DNA from: a virus
Lineage: Duplodnaviria; Heunggongvirae; Uroviricota; Caudoviricetes
DNA length: 64,000 nucleotides
Strand: one strand, 5' to 3'
IMG/VR virus record: IMGVR_UViG_3300018065_000012
The notes beneath the pieces were generated by a model. That model was not told the origin of the DNA. It did not search any database and worked only from the letters and a program-made list of their open reading frames with translations. Both the position numbers and the translations under genes were made by a program. This document shows positions 19,350 through 27,104 of this stretch, one piece after another (the first letter of the stretch is position 1; each line of letters opens with the position of its first letter).

Positions 19350-20372
19350 ATGAATTCAGCGCTTAAAAAAGCAATGAGGCAAAATAGCAATTCTTCTAAC
19401 AAGTCAAACAGTCACGTCTTGATACGCCACGTTAGCGTCGGAGACAGCTTTTCAGGAGTTTATTTCGTTCAAGACGCGTTTGAACGTGTTGCCCGGAACG
19501 GCAACATCTACAGCGATTGGACGTTGCGTGACCGTTCTGGAGAGTCGTTTGTGCGGCATTGGGGTCCGACAAATGGGATGAAACGCAATAATTGGATTGA
19601 AATTATCGCAACAGTTGAAGAGTATAGGGGAAAGCTTCAAATCATTGCGCAAGAAATTAAAGAAGCAGACGTTCCTTCTGAAGCGCAGATGAATGAGAAT
19701 TATCTAATTCAAAGCGAATCCAAAGAGCAAGATTCAGAAGCGTTTGCTTTGTACCGTGATCGTGTTGATAAAATTTGCGACGAAATTGACGATCAAACTT
19801 GTAGGTTGATTTTGGACTCTGTTTTTTCGGACGCGGTTGAAGCTCACTTCAAAAAAGCACCAGCAAGCGATAAGCCGTTTTACGGAATGGATGGTGGCTT
19901 GTTGAAGCATACGATAAAAACGGCTTACGCGGTTGCGGGGTTTTCCAAACAGTACGGATTTTCTTCGAAAGAAAGTTGTCTTGCTGTAACTGCTGCATTG
20001 CTTCATCGCGTTGGTGCGTTGGACGCTTTCAGAATCGAAGGTTGTCAACCAGCAATGACCGTTTTTGGAAAGCTTTATGGTATTGTGGAATTAAGCTTAC
20101 GGCACGTGATAAAAGCGGCTGAGTTGGTACAAAGCAAGGAAGGCTTCAAAAGCGAAACCGCACAACGTGTGATTCATGCGATAAAAGCTCAAGAAGGGCA
20201 AGCGATTCTTCCAATGACGAAAGAGGCGATTCTTTTATCAGAAGCCGTGAACATGGATATCAAGCTTGTCAATGCGATCGAGTTTATTGACAACGACTTG
20301 AATTCGGACGATGAATTCACGGCATTTGATCCAATCAGCAAGCGCCAATTCTTCAAAGGCAGCGACGCGTGA
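19350..20372 (+). CDS. OB-fold plus HD-domain putative nuclease or phosphohydrolase (YhaM-like)
   Basis: ATG at 19350 has a perfect SD aaggagg 7 nt upstream. The N-terminal OB-like segment reads VGDSFSGVYFVQDAFERVARNGNIYSDWTLRDRSGESFVRHWGP, and the central region contains conserved His and Asp residues (HTIKTAYAV...LLHRVGALDAF). Confidence 0.45.
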   Translation: MNSALKKAMRQNSNSSNKSNSHVLIRHVSVGDSFSGVYFVQDAFERVARNGNIYSDWTLRDRSGESFVRHWGPTNGMKRNNWIEIIATVEEYRGKLQIIAQEIKEADVPSEAQMNENYLIQSESKEQDSEAFALYRDRVDKICDEIDDQTCRLILDSVFSDAVEAHFKKAPASDKPFYGMDGGLLKHTIKTAYAVAGFSKQYGFSSKESCLAVTAALLHRVGALDAFRIEGCQPAMTVFGKLYGIVELSLRHVIKAAELVQSKEGFKSETAQRVIHAIKAQEGQAILPMTKEAILLSEAVNMDIKLVNAIEFIDNDLNSDDEFTAFDPISKRQFFKGSDA

Positions 20373-20470
20373 ATGCGTTGCGTGAAACGTGCGTATTTTT
20401 CTCAGAAAGTTCCAACAAAGTTCACGGCAAACGCTGCCGGTGCGGTTAAGGTTAATAAAGGTTCGGTGAT

Positions 20471-21538
20471 TTGGAAAGCATTCGCGACAAGCTTTCGTTT
20501 GGTGATATTTCTTGGCTCATGCCCAAGATAGACGTTCAGCTTGTTTTGGAGCGGCTCAACGTTCGGTTGCTTCCTAATCGCATGGGAAATCAAATCTACG
20601 GGTGGTGTCCTGATCATTATATCCACGTTAAAAGGAATCCGAGCCATCCGAAATGGACGATTAACGTCGAAACGGGCCAGACGATGTGTTTTACGGAGGG
20701 AAGAGGAAGTAATCTGGTTTGGATCGTTTCAAGGTTGAGAAAGTGCTCTCCCAAAGAAGCCGTCGATTGGATGCTGGGAGATAGCAAAGGGATTTCTAAC
20801 ATGGAAATTGCCAGCTTGAAAAAGCAATTCAAAAAGTTGCGGAGAAAGAAGGCGGCAAGCAAAGGGAAAGCTACCAACCAAGCGGTGGAGAGCGTCAAAC
20901 GGTGGTTGAGAACGGAGACGATGGTGCAAAGTGGATATGAGTATTTTATGCGACCTCCGGGGAAAAAGCCCACGTTGATCGAGAAAGAAACTGTTGACCG
21001 CTATCGTTGCGTGCAATTACGTTCTGGGTATTACGCCAACCGGGTTGTTATTCCGTTCTTCTCGAAGAAGACGCTAATCGGTTTTGAGGCCGTTGATGTT
21101 CTCGGAAAGAAAGAATGGCTTCGACGCCATCCGACGCTTGAAGAGAACCAATATAAGAAGGTTCTCTACTCAAAAGGGTTCAAACGTAGCGAGTATCTTT
21201 TTGGATTGGATGAAATTCAGAGTCAAGAAATAGTCGCCCTGACCGAAGGCGCACGTGAAGTCATGAAATTACGGCAATTGGGATATCCGGCGGTTGCAAT
21301 TTTAGGCGCAAGCGTCAGCCAGAAGCAAATTATGCTTTTGGCAGAAGCCAACCCCAAAAGCTTAATTTTGCTATTCGACGGTGATGATGCGGGTTACGAA
21401 ATTCAGCGCAAGGTTTTCAAGCAAATGAGTGAGTTTTTTGAAACGCATAAAGGGACGGTTCGGCGTGGTTACGACCCCAAAACGCTACCGCCCGAAGAGG
21501 TCAAAAAATTATTTGGAAAGTTTGGATTTTTCTCTTGA
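20471..21538 (+). CDS. dnaG: DnaG-type DNA primase (zinc-binding domain plus TOPRIM)
   Basis: Zn-ribbon CPDHY...HPKW...CFTEGRGSNL. TOPRIM residues in ALTEGAREVMKL...LLFDGDDAG. TTG start at 20471, with an alternative ATG at 20519. Confidence 0.75.
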   Translation: MESIRDKLSFGDISWLMPKIDVQLVLERLNVRLLPNRMGNQIYGWCPDHYIHVKRNPSHPKWTINVETGQTMCFTEGRGSNLVWIVSRLRKCSPKEAVDWMLGDSKGISNMEIASLKKQFKKLRRKKAASKGKATNQAVESVKRWLRTETMVQSGYEYFMRPPGKKPTLIEKETVDRYRCVQLRSGYYANRVVIPFFSKKTLIGFEAVDVLGKKEWLRRHPTLEENQYKKVLYSKGFKRSEYLFGLDEIQSQEIVALTEGAREVMKLRQLGYPAVAILGASVSQKQIMLLAEANPKSLILLFDGDDAGYEIQRKVFKQMSEFFETHKGTVRRGYDPKTLPPEEVKKLFGKFGFFS

Positions 21539-21562
21539 CTTCGAGAGAAAACACGCTATAAT
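21535..21562 (+). promoter_or_regulatory. Near-consensus sigma-70-type promoter (TTGACT, 16 nt spacer, TATAAT) upstream of the phage sigma factor gene
   Basis: TTGACT at 21535-21540 and TATAAT at 21557-21562. Followed by an ~80-nt GU-rich leader (gtgtgttctatgttttgtgttttgcgttgtgtgg). Confidence 0.55.
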
Positions 21563-21646
21563 TAAAGAGCTTAAAATTGTGTGTTCTATGTTTTGTGTTT
21601 TGCGTTGTGTGGCCGGTAATCGGTTCTTTTTACAAAGGGCGCTCCC

Positions 21647-22327
21647 ATGTCTGAAGTAATCACTTCTGAACGTAACTTCAAACAGGTTTTGAAAGAGGAC
21701 GAGATTTGTGATAGCCCATATACTCGTGAAGGGCTTGCCGTGCTCATTGCGGAAGGCGAAGCAAACGAGTTTGAGAAACAGCTTTTCCACGACTCCATTG
21801 TCCGCGCCATTTACACCATCGTTTTTCGCTACGGCGAATGCGATACGCGCGTGCCGGTGGAAGAGCTTGCGAACGACGCAGAATTGGCGTTGTGGAAGAA
21901 CCTGCCTTTCTTCAAAAAGGAAAAAGGCGTCAAGTTTATCACGTGGATGTGGCGTGTGGTTCGGAATCATGTGTTCAATCACCGCAAGCGGGTGACCCGT
22001 TATAGAACGAATCAGAAAATTACGACCAACATGTCTTCAGAGGAAAGCGAGTTTATCACGACTCGCGCTTGCGACGAAAGTCTTTCAAACGCAGACAAGT
22101 CGTGGCAGATGAAAAACGCCATGCAGTTGCTTTTTGATGCTTACCCGGAAAAGCAGAAAATGCTGCTCGCTCTTTTTGGCGATCCGTTTTCTGAAAACTT
22201 TTCAGGAAAGAAGCCGAACTTTGTCCGCGTGGCGAAAAAGTTGAAAACGAAAATGAACGATGTTCGGCGCTTTTGCAATCACGTTGCGTATCCGTTCTTG
22301 AAAAAGCACTTGGACGATCTGTTATAG
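21647..22327 (+). CDS. Phage-encoded RNA polymerase sigma factor (sigma-70 family, regions 2 and 4)
   Basis: KGVKFITWMWRVVRNHVFNHRKR matches sigma-70 region 2.3/2.4 (cf. YKFSTYATWWIRQAITR). The C-terminal region is HTH-like (region 4). Confidence 0.75.
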   Translation: MSEVITSERNFKQVLKEDEICDSPYTREGLAVLIAEGEANEFEKQLFHDSIVRAIYTIVFRYGECDTRVPVEELANDAELALWKNLPFFKKEKGVKFITWMWRVVRNHVFNHRKRVTRYRTNQKITTNMSSEESEFITTRACDESLSNADKSWQMKNAMQLLFDAYPEKQKMLLALFGDPFSENFSGKKPNFVRVAKKLKTKMNDVRRFCNHVAYPFLKKHLDDLL

Positions 22328-22386
22328 AGGGGCAAGCCGTGGCGAGTAAAAAATTTGGCAAGGAGATGAAGCATCTTGAGGACAAT

Positions 22387-22788
22387 ATGAAAATGGGTGC
22401 ATGCTATCGCCATTTTAGAAGCGATTCGGCAAACTGCAAAAACTGTCTCGCAAAATTGCTTTGCAGAAGCGCGACAGCGACGGCGGTTGGCGTTATGGAA
22501 GAGCAGAGTTTTGAAGAGATTTTGATTGAAGAATTGAAAGAGAAATTTCAATTCGCAAGGTCAAAACAAGGAGAAAGCTGCAACTGTTACTGGTTTGAGT
22601 TTGGCCCAATCCCCATTCAAATTTGGATCGCGAAGTCAGGTAATATGAAAATAAGGATTGGTTACGAAAACAACAACAAGGTTTATGAAACGAAGAAAGA
22701 CAGCGTTGAAGAAATAGATAGTTTCGTCAAACAATTGATGGATGATTCCAAAGAGTTTGGGACGGCTCATGCAAACAAGGGAATATGA
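22387..22788 (+). CDS. Hypothetical protein (133 aa). The start is ambiguous (22366, 22387 or 22393).
   Basis: The ORF overlaps the 3' end of the sigma gene in another frame. A Cys cluster CYRHFRSDSANCKNC is present. Confidence 0.35.
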   Translation: MKMGACYRHFRSDSANCKNCLAKLLCRSATATAVGVMEEQSFEEILIEELKEKFQFARSKQGESCNCYWFEFGPIPIQIWIAKSGNMKIRIGYENNNKVYETKKDSVEEIDSFVKQLMDDSKEFGTAHANKGI

Positions 22789-23686
22789 GTATTTCGAGTT
22801 TCCTTTTAACAACTTCAACAAAGCGCAAGCCGCTGCCATTCCGCACATCCCAACCGAAACAAACCTCGTGATTTCATTCCCTACCGCTACTGGCAAAACT
22901 GCGCTGGCCGAAGCAGCTTTCGGTTTTCATTTCAAAACATCCCCAAATTCAAAATGTGTCTATGTGTCGCCGTATCGTTCCTTGAGCATGCAGCAATACA
23001 ATGCATGGAAAGAGAACGCGCAGTTTTCCAAACATGGAATCGTTTTAAGCATAGGTGATCGTTTTGCGTGTAAAGAGGATTTCGATTCAAACCGTTTGAT
23101 TATCTTGACTACAGAATCATTTGACTCGAAGACGAGGAATCAAAGCCAACATAAATGGTTAAAAGAAATTACTTGTATAGTTTTTGACGAAGCGCATTTA
23201 TTGGGGACAAAAGGGCGTGGCGACAACGTAGAAGTTTCATTGGTGCGTTTTACAAAGCTGAACCCAAAAGCAAGAATTATTTTGCTGTCCGCGACAATGG
23301 AAAATGCAGGAGAATTATCGTCGTGGTTGAAAAGTTTGAACAAAAAGACGACGTTGAAAATCGTAAGCACGTGGCGTCCATCAAAAATCGTAACACGCTT
23401 TTACACGTTCGATGATGAAAAGACTTGGGAAAAGAAAATTGAGTTAGCAAAGCAGCTTGCAACAACTCCACGTGGTGAAAAAATAGTCGTTTTTGTTCAT
23501 AGTAAAAAGCTTGGGAAAGAAATTACGAAGGCAGTTAGAAAAAAGGGTTTCATTTGCGAATTTCATAATGCAAATTTATCGCACTCAAGGCGAAAAGCAA
23601 TTGAAGAAGCATTCGACAATGTCCGTTCGGGGTTGGACATCCTTGTGAGTACATCAACATTGTCAAGTGGAGTGAATTTAGGATGA
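22769..23686 (+). CDS. Ski2/Hel308-like SF2 DNA helicase, N-terminal fragment (motifs Q to V); the split gene's first part
   Basis: Q-motif FNKAQAAAI, motif I PTATGKT, II VFDEAHLL (DEAH), III LLSATMEN, V STSTLSSGVNLG. It terminates at a TGA overlapping the ATG of the following gene. An alternative start is at 22742. Confidence 0.8.
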   Translation: MQTREYEYFEFPFNNFNKAQAAAIPHIPTETNLVISFPTATGKTALAEAAFGFHFKTSPNSKCVYVSPYRSLSMQQYNAWKENAQFSKHGIVLSIGDRFACKEDFDSNRLIILTTESFDSKTRNQSQHKWLKEITCIVFDEAHLLGTKGRGDNVEVSLVRFTKLNPKARIILLSATMENAGELSSWLKSLNKKTTLKIVSTWRPSKIVTRFYTFDDEKTWEKKIELAKQLATTPRGEKIVVFVHSKKLGKEITKAVRKKGFICEFHNANLSHSRRKAIEEAFDNVRSGLDILVSTSTLSSGVNLG

Positions 23687-24264
23687 ACAAGGCGGAACGT
23701 CTCACAGAATTGCAACAGAAGTGCTATGCTTGTAAGAAGTGTGCCATTGGCGGGCAAGACGTTGATGGTCATTTGAGCAACGTGTGGTCTAATATGAGCA
23801 TGAAAGCTCAAATCATGGTAATAGGGCAGAATCCCGGTTACGTTGAAGTAGAACGTGGAAAACCTTTTGTCGGGCCGTCGGGTGAATTTTTTGATAAGGC
23901 AATTGAAGAAGTTTTAGGAATTGATAGAACGCATTTTTACATTACGAATACGTGCCACTGCTATACGGCAAAAAACCGCAAGCCAAGCAATGTCGAAATT
24001 GAAAATTGTTGCGAATTTTTAGACGCTGAAATCGAAGCCGTAAACCCAAAAATCATCGTGACCTTGGGAGCGCCATCGTTGGAGCAGGTGACTGGGCGAA
24101 AAGGAATAATGAAACTTCATGGTCAAAAGATAATTTCATTACGATACAAAAAGAACGTTTTGCCCCTATTGCATCCAAGCCCAAGAAATATGAACAAGCC
24201 TGAATTGAAAGTGAAATTTTATCAAGACTTAGAAGTCCTCAAAGAATATCTCAATGGCAGATAG
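23683..24264 (+). CDS. Uracil-DNA glycosylase superfamily protein (family 4-like, Fe-S Cys motifs), inserted between the helicase halves
   Basis: N-terminal CYACKKC Cys pair, motif A-like IGQNPG...GKPFVGPSG (cf. GEGPG...G.PFVG.aG), motif B HPSPRN (cf. HPSPLN), and further Cys at TNTCHCY and ENCCEF. Confidence 0.7.
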   Translation: MNKAERLTELQQKCYACKKCAIGGQDVDGHLSNVWSNMSMKAQIMVIGQNPGYVEVERGKPFVGPSGEFFDKAIEEVLGIDRTHFYITNTCHCYTAKNRKPSNVEIENCCEFLDAEIEAVNPKIIVTLGAPSLEQVTGRKGIMKLHGQKIISLRYKKNVLPLLHPSPRNMNKPELKVKFYQDLEVLKEYLNGR

Positions 24265-25252
24265 AATTGTTATTGTAGACATCTGGCGTGGCCGAGAGCG
24301 CGTTTCAACGGCAGAAATTTTGCAGATGGCAGGCCGGTGTGCCCGGCAACCAAACCAAATAGGTCATGTTGATATCATTATTAACGAAGATGACGTACAA
24401 ACGTTGAAAGATGAAATGCAGGACGCAGATCATCTTCGAGTTGATTCTGTTCTGTACGATGCAGAAACGCTTGCTTTTCATCTCGTTTCTGAAATTAGCA
24501 GCGGGGAGATAAGGACGCTTTCAGAGGCAAAAAGATGGTACGGAAAAAGTTTCGCGGCGTTTACGGGGTTTTCTTGTGAAGTGGAGCAAGCAGTTGACTT
24601 GCTTTCTGAAGAATGGGAGACAATAACGCGCCGGGGCGATTTTCTTTTTCCTACAGATTTGGCGCATATCGCGAGTCGTTTTTATTTTCATCCAGCAGAC
24701 ATTTACTATTGGCGGGAAAATTTTTTTGAGCTTTTTGAAAGTGAACTTCAAAAAAATGATCCAGCAATTGCTTGGGCGCTATCTAATGTCGCGAGAGAGC
24801 GAAAAAGGGGCAATCTGTACGGTTGTTGGGAGTTGATAGAAGAATACAAAGACCAAGTGTCTTCACTTGGCTTAGACTGTTCAAAAACGATTGCTGGTGG
24901 CTTGGTTTGGTGGAGTCTTTTAGGAGGGCCGTCAACAAGCAAACTGTCCAGTCAAAAGAAAGAAGCAAAAGAGGATTTCGGGCGCATTTATGGTGCGCTC
25001 TTAAAGATCAACGAATGCTCGGGATGGGACAAACGGAAGTTTTTTGAGGATTTGAGAGTACGGATAGCATACAAAATCCCTGATGAACTTGTAAACTTGT
25101 GTAAACTTGAAGGAATTGGAAAAAGTGTTGCGTTTGAGTTGTATAATTTAGGAGTGGAAAACGCGGAAGGAATTCGTGAAAACTGGGACGCAATTGAAAC
25201 GTTTGGAACTGACGAACTGATAGAAAAATTGAGACACTTGTCTTATGGCTAA
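24254..25252 (+). CDS. Ski2/Hel308-like helicase, C-terminal fragment (motif VI, winged helix/ratchet, HhH domain 5)
   Basis: It begins MADRIVIVD...ILQMAGRCAR (motif VI QMAGRAGR) and has a C-terminal HhH GIGKSVAFEL. It is in the same reading frame as the N-terminal fragment, and the ATG lies 8 nt inside the 3' end of the UDG ORF. Confidence 0.8.
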   Translation: MADRIVIVDIWRGRERVSTAEILQMAGRCARQPNQIGHVDIIINEDDVQTLKDEMQDADHLRVDSVLYDAETLAFHLVSEISSGEIRTLSEAKRWYGKSFAAFTGFSCEVEQAVDLLSEEWETITRRGDFLFPTDLAHIASRFYFHPADIYYWRENFFELFESELQKNDPAIAWALSNVARERKRGNLYGCWELIEEYKDQVSSLGLDCSKTIAGGLVWWSLLGGPSTSKLSSQKKEAKEDFGRIYGALLKINECSGWDKRKFFEDLRVRIAYKIPDELVNLCKLEGIGKSVAFELYNLGVENAEGIRENWDAIETFGTDELIEKLRHLSYG

Positions 25253-25715
25253 AGATTTTTGGTTTACAGAGCGGGCAGTCAAAGCTTTCACACAAGCGGC
25301 TGATAATGGAGAGCTATCTCCTCGTCACGTTCGTGATGTAATCCGTTACAAGACTCTCAATATTGATGAGACATTGTTCGAGCCTTACTTGAAGTCAAGC
25401 AATGATTGGGTACGCAGGTGTACTGCGCAAGTGCTTGGAGAAATTGGCAGTAATCTAAAGCCATTAATTGAAGCCGCAAAGATAGAGCAGAACAAAAGCA
25501 CGCTGATAGAAATATTAAAACAATTGATGAAAAGCCGCGAAGGACTTGAAGAGTTAGTTTATTTGCTTGAGTCGAAAGATACGGCAATCAAAGAGCAGGC
25601 AATTGGTATGTTCAGACGTGCTGGTCGTTCAGATTGTTTAATGACGTTGCTTTTTGATGACGATGATTCGATGGTAAGCCGTATCAAGCGGTATATGGAC
25701 GAAGCAAATAAATGA
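25245..25715 (+). CDS. HEAT/PBS-lyase-like repeat protein (156 aa)
   Basis: Repeated pattern as in DWVRRCTAQVLGEIGS...ELVYLLESKDTAIKEQAIGMFRRAG. Confidence 0.5.
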   Translation: MAKDFWFTERAVKAFTQAADNGELSPRHVRDVIRYKTLNIDETLFEPYLKSSNDWVRRCTAQVLGEIGSNLKPLIEAAKIEQNKSTLIEILKQLMKSREGLEELVYLLESKDTAIKEQAIGMFRRAGRSDCLMTLLFDDDDSMVSRIKRYMDEANK

Positions 25716-26392
25716 TTTCACGGCACGGTATTTCTTCGACACGAGAAGCAAGGTACAAGCGATTTCACTTGTGGCTCGTAGAAATGTCAACGCTGTATGG
25801 GGTTGTTGATGATCCAGAGTTGAGAGATGTTATACATATTTTGCTTGAAAAACTTGAGAACAGAATAAGCGCAAATAAAGAACAAGAAGAAGGAAAGCGC
25901 AAGAAAAAAGTACGCAGTTTCTTTGCAATCTTCAAACAAAAATATCTTCAATTAACAGATTTGGAATATTTTGGAGGATTCAAAGCAACAGAAGCAAAAA
26001 TCATTGAAGGTTTGATAGGAAAACTGGAGCAAAATGGCGCAACGATGGAAGAGTATCTCAAGTGGTTGTTTGACGAGTTTTATATCAACAAAGAACAACT
26101 GTCTCCAAACATTCCTTTGTCCGTAAGTAATAGTGTCTTGCAAGAGTTCATGTATAAAAACGCGGCAAAGCTCAAAAATAGGAAACAGGCAAAAGAAGCC
26201 ATAGAAGAGGAAGAATTGCTTTTGAGAAGGGCAGGCGTTCTCATACGGTCAAGCAAGGACGAAGGCTTTAAGCAAGAAGTGGTTACGCTATTGAAGCATT
26301 ATCAAAAATCCGAATGCAATTTGCCAGAGTTTCGGTTAGAGCTTAAAAAATTATCAGAAAAGTTTGAAAAACTTAAAAGCCAAAGTGTATAA
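25712..26392 (+). CDS. Hypothetical protein (226 aa)
   Basis: ATGA overlap with the upstream gene. Charged, helical composition. Confidence 0.4.
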   Translation: MISRHGISSTREARYKRFHLWLVEMSTLYGVVDDPELRDVIHILLEKLENRISANKEQEEGKRKKKVRSFFAIFKQKYLQLTDLEYFGGFKATEAKIIEGLIGKLEQNGATMEEYLKWLFDEFYINKEQLSPNIPLSVSNSVLQEFMYKNAAKLKNRKQAKEAIEEEELLLRRAGVLIRSSKDEGFKQEVVTLLKHYQKSECNLPEFRLELKKLSEKFEKLKSQSV

Positions 26393-26448
26393 TTGAAAAG
26401 CATGAGTTTTGTTGTTGGTCGTTTGTACTTTGTAATAAGGGTTGAGCG

Positions 26449-27060
26449 ATGAAAACAAATTTGAGCGAGACTGTAGAAAAGGTAGGAAATGCATGCGAGG
26501 AAGCAGGGAAAAGCACCATTCTTGGCATTTCTCTTGAAAACCCATCTCCACGCCTGTTAGACGTCCGCGACGGAAGTTTTGACGAGCACGTTGCAATGCA
26601 ACCAGCGGCAATTGCGTATTTCGGCGTGCTCAAAAAGGAAGCATTGAGGCAACATGACTCAATGAAACACGCTTACGAGCGTTGGCAGAAAAAGAAATTT
26701 CAAGAAGCAAGAAAAGCTTTGGAAGGCGCAAGTCAACCGGGTCAAAAAAAGGCCACTATATCTGATATTGAAGCATTCGTAATCATTAACAATGAGAGAA
26801 AAATTGAAGAGTGGGAAACCAATTTGTCCTATTTGCAGGAACAGGTGGATACGTTGGATTCATGGTACGAAGCGTGGCGGCAAAAATCATTTAGTCTTCG
26901 CGAACATGGCCAAACAGTTTCGGATGAACGCAAGACACAACCATATTTGTTCGGCAAGAAAGAAGAAACAGATGGAACTCCAGCTAAAAGAAAACATCAA
27001 TCTACTATTGATAGGGTTAGACAGATGAAGAAAAATAAAAATGGAAAGGGGGATAAGTAG
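26449..27060 (+). CDS. Hypothetical protein (203 aa). A recombination-mediator role is possible from position only.
   Basis: Sits upstream of the SSB-like and RecA genes. No motif recognised. Confidence 0.4.
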   Translation: MKTNLSETVEKVGNACEEAGKSTILGISLENPSPRLLDVRDGSFDEHVAMQPAAIAYFGVLKKEALRQHDSMKHAYERWQKKKFQEARKALEGASQPGQKKATISDIEAFVIINNERKIEEWETNLSYLQEQVDTLDSWYEAWRQKSFSLREHGQTVSDERKTQPYLFGKKEETDGTPAKRKHQSTIDRVRQMKKNKNGKGDK

Positions 27061-27104
27061 TTTGTCGTGTGTAGTTTGTTTATTCATTTTGAAAGGAGAT
27101 TGTC

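Noticed and set aside
20373-20470. Possible tRNA or small RNA in the 98-nt gap before the primase gene, and in other gaps of 100-130 nt (45102-45212, 53016-53121, 57177-57306)
   Set aside because: No cloverleaf-compatible stems or GTTC-type T-arm motif were seen. The gaps are better explained by promoter plus leader sequences.
23683-24264. Interpreting the helicase insertion as an intein
   Set aside because: The insert is in a different reading frame from the helicase fragments and begins with a stop codon in the helicase frame. No Hint or homing-endonuclease motifs are present, and the encoded protein is a UDG-family enzyme.
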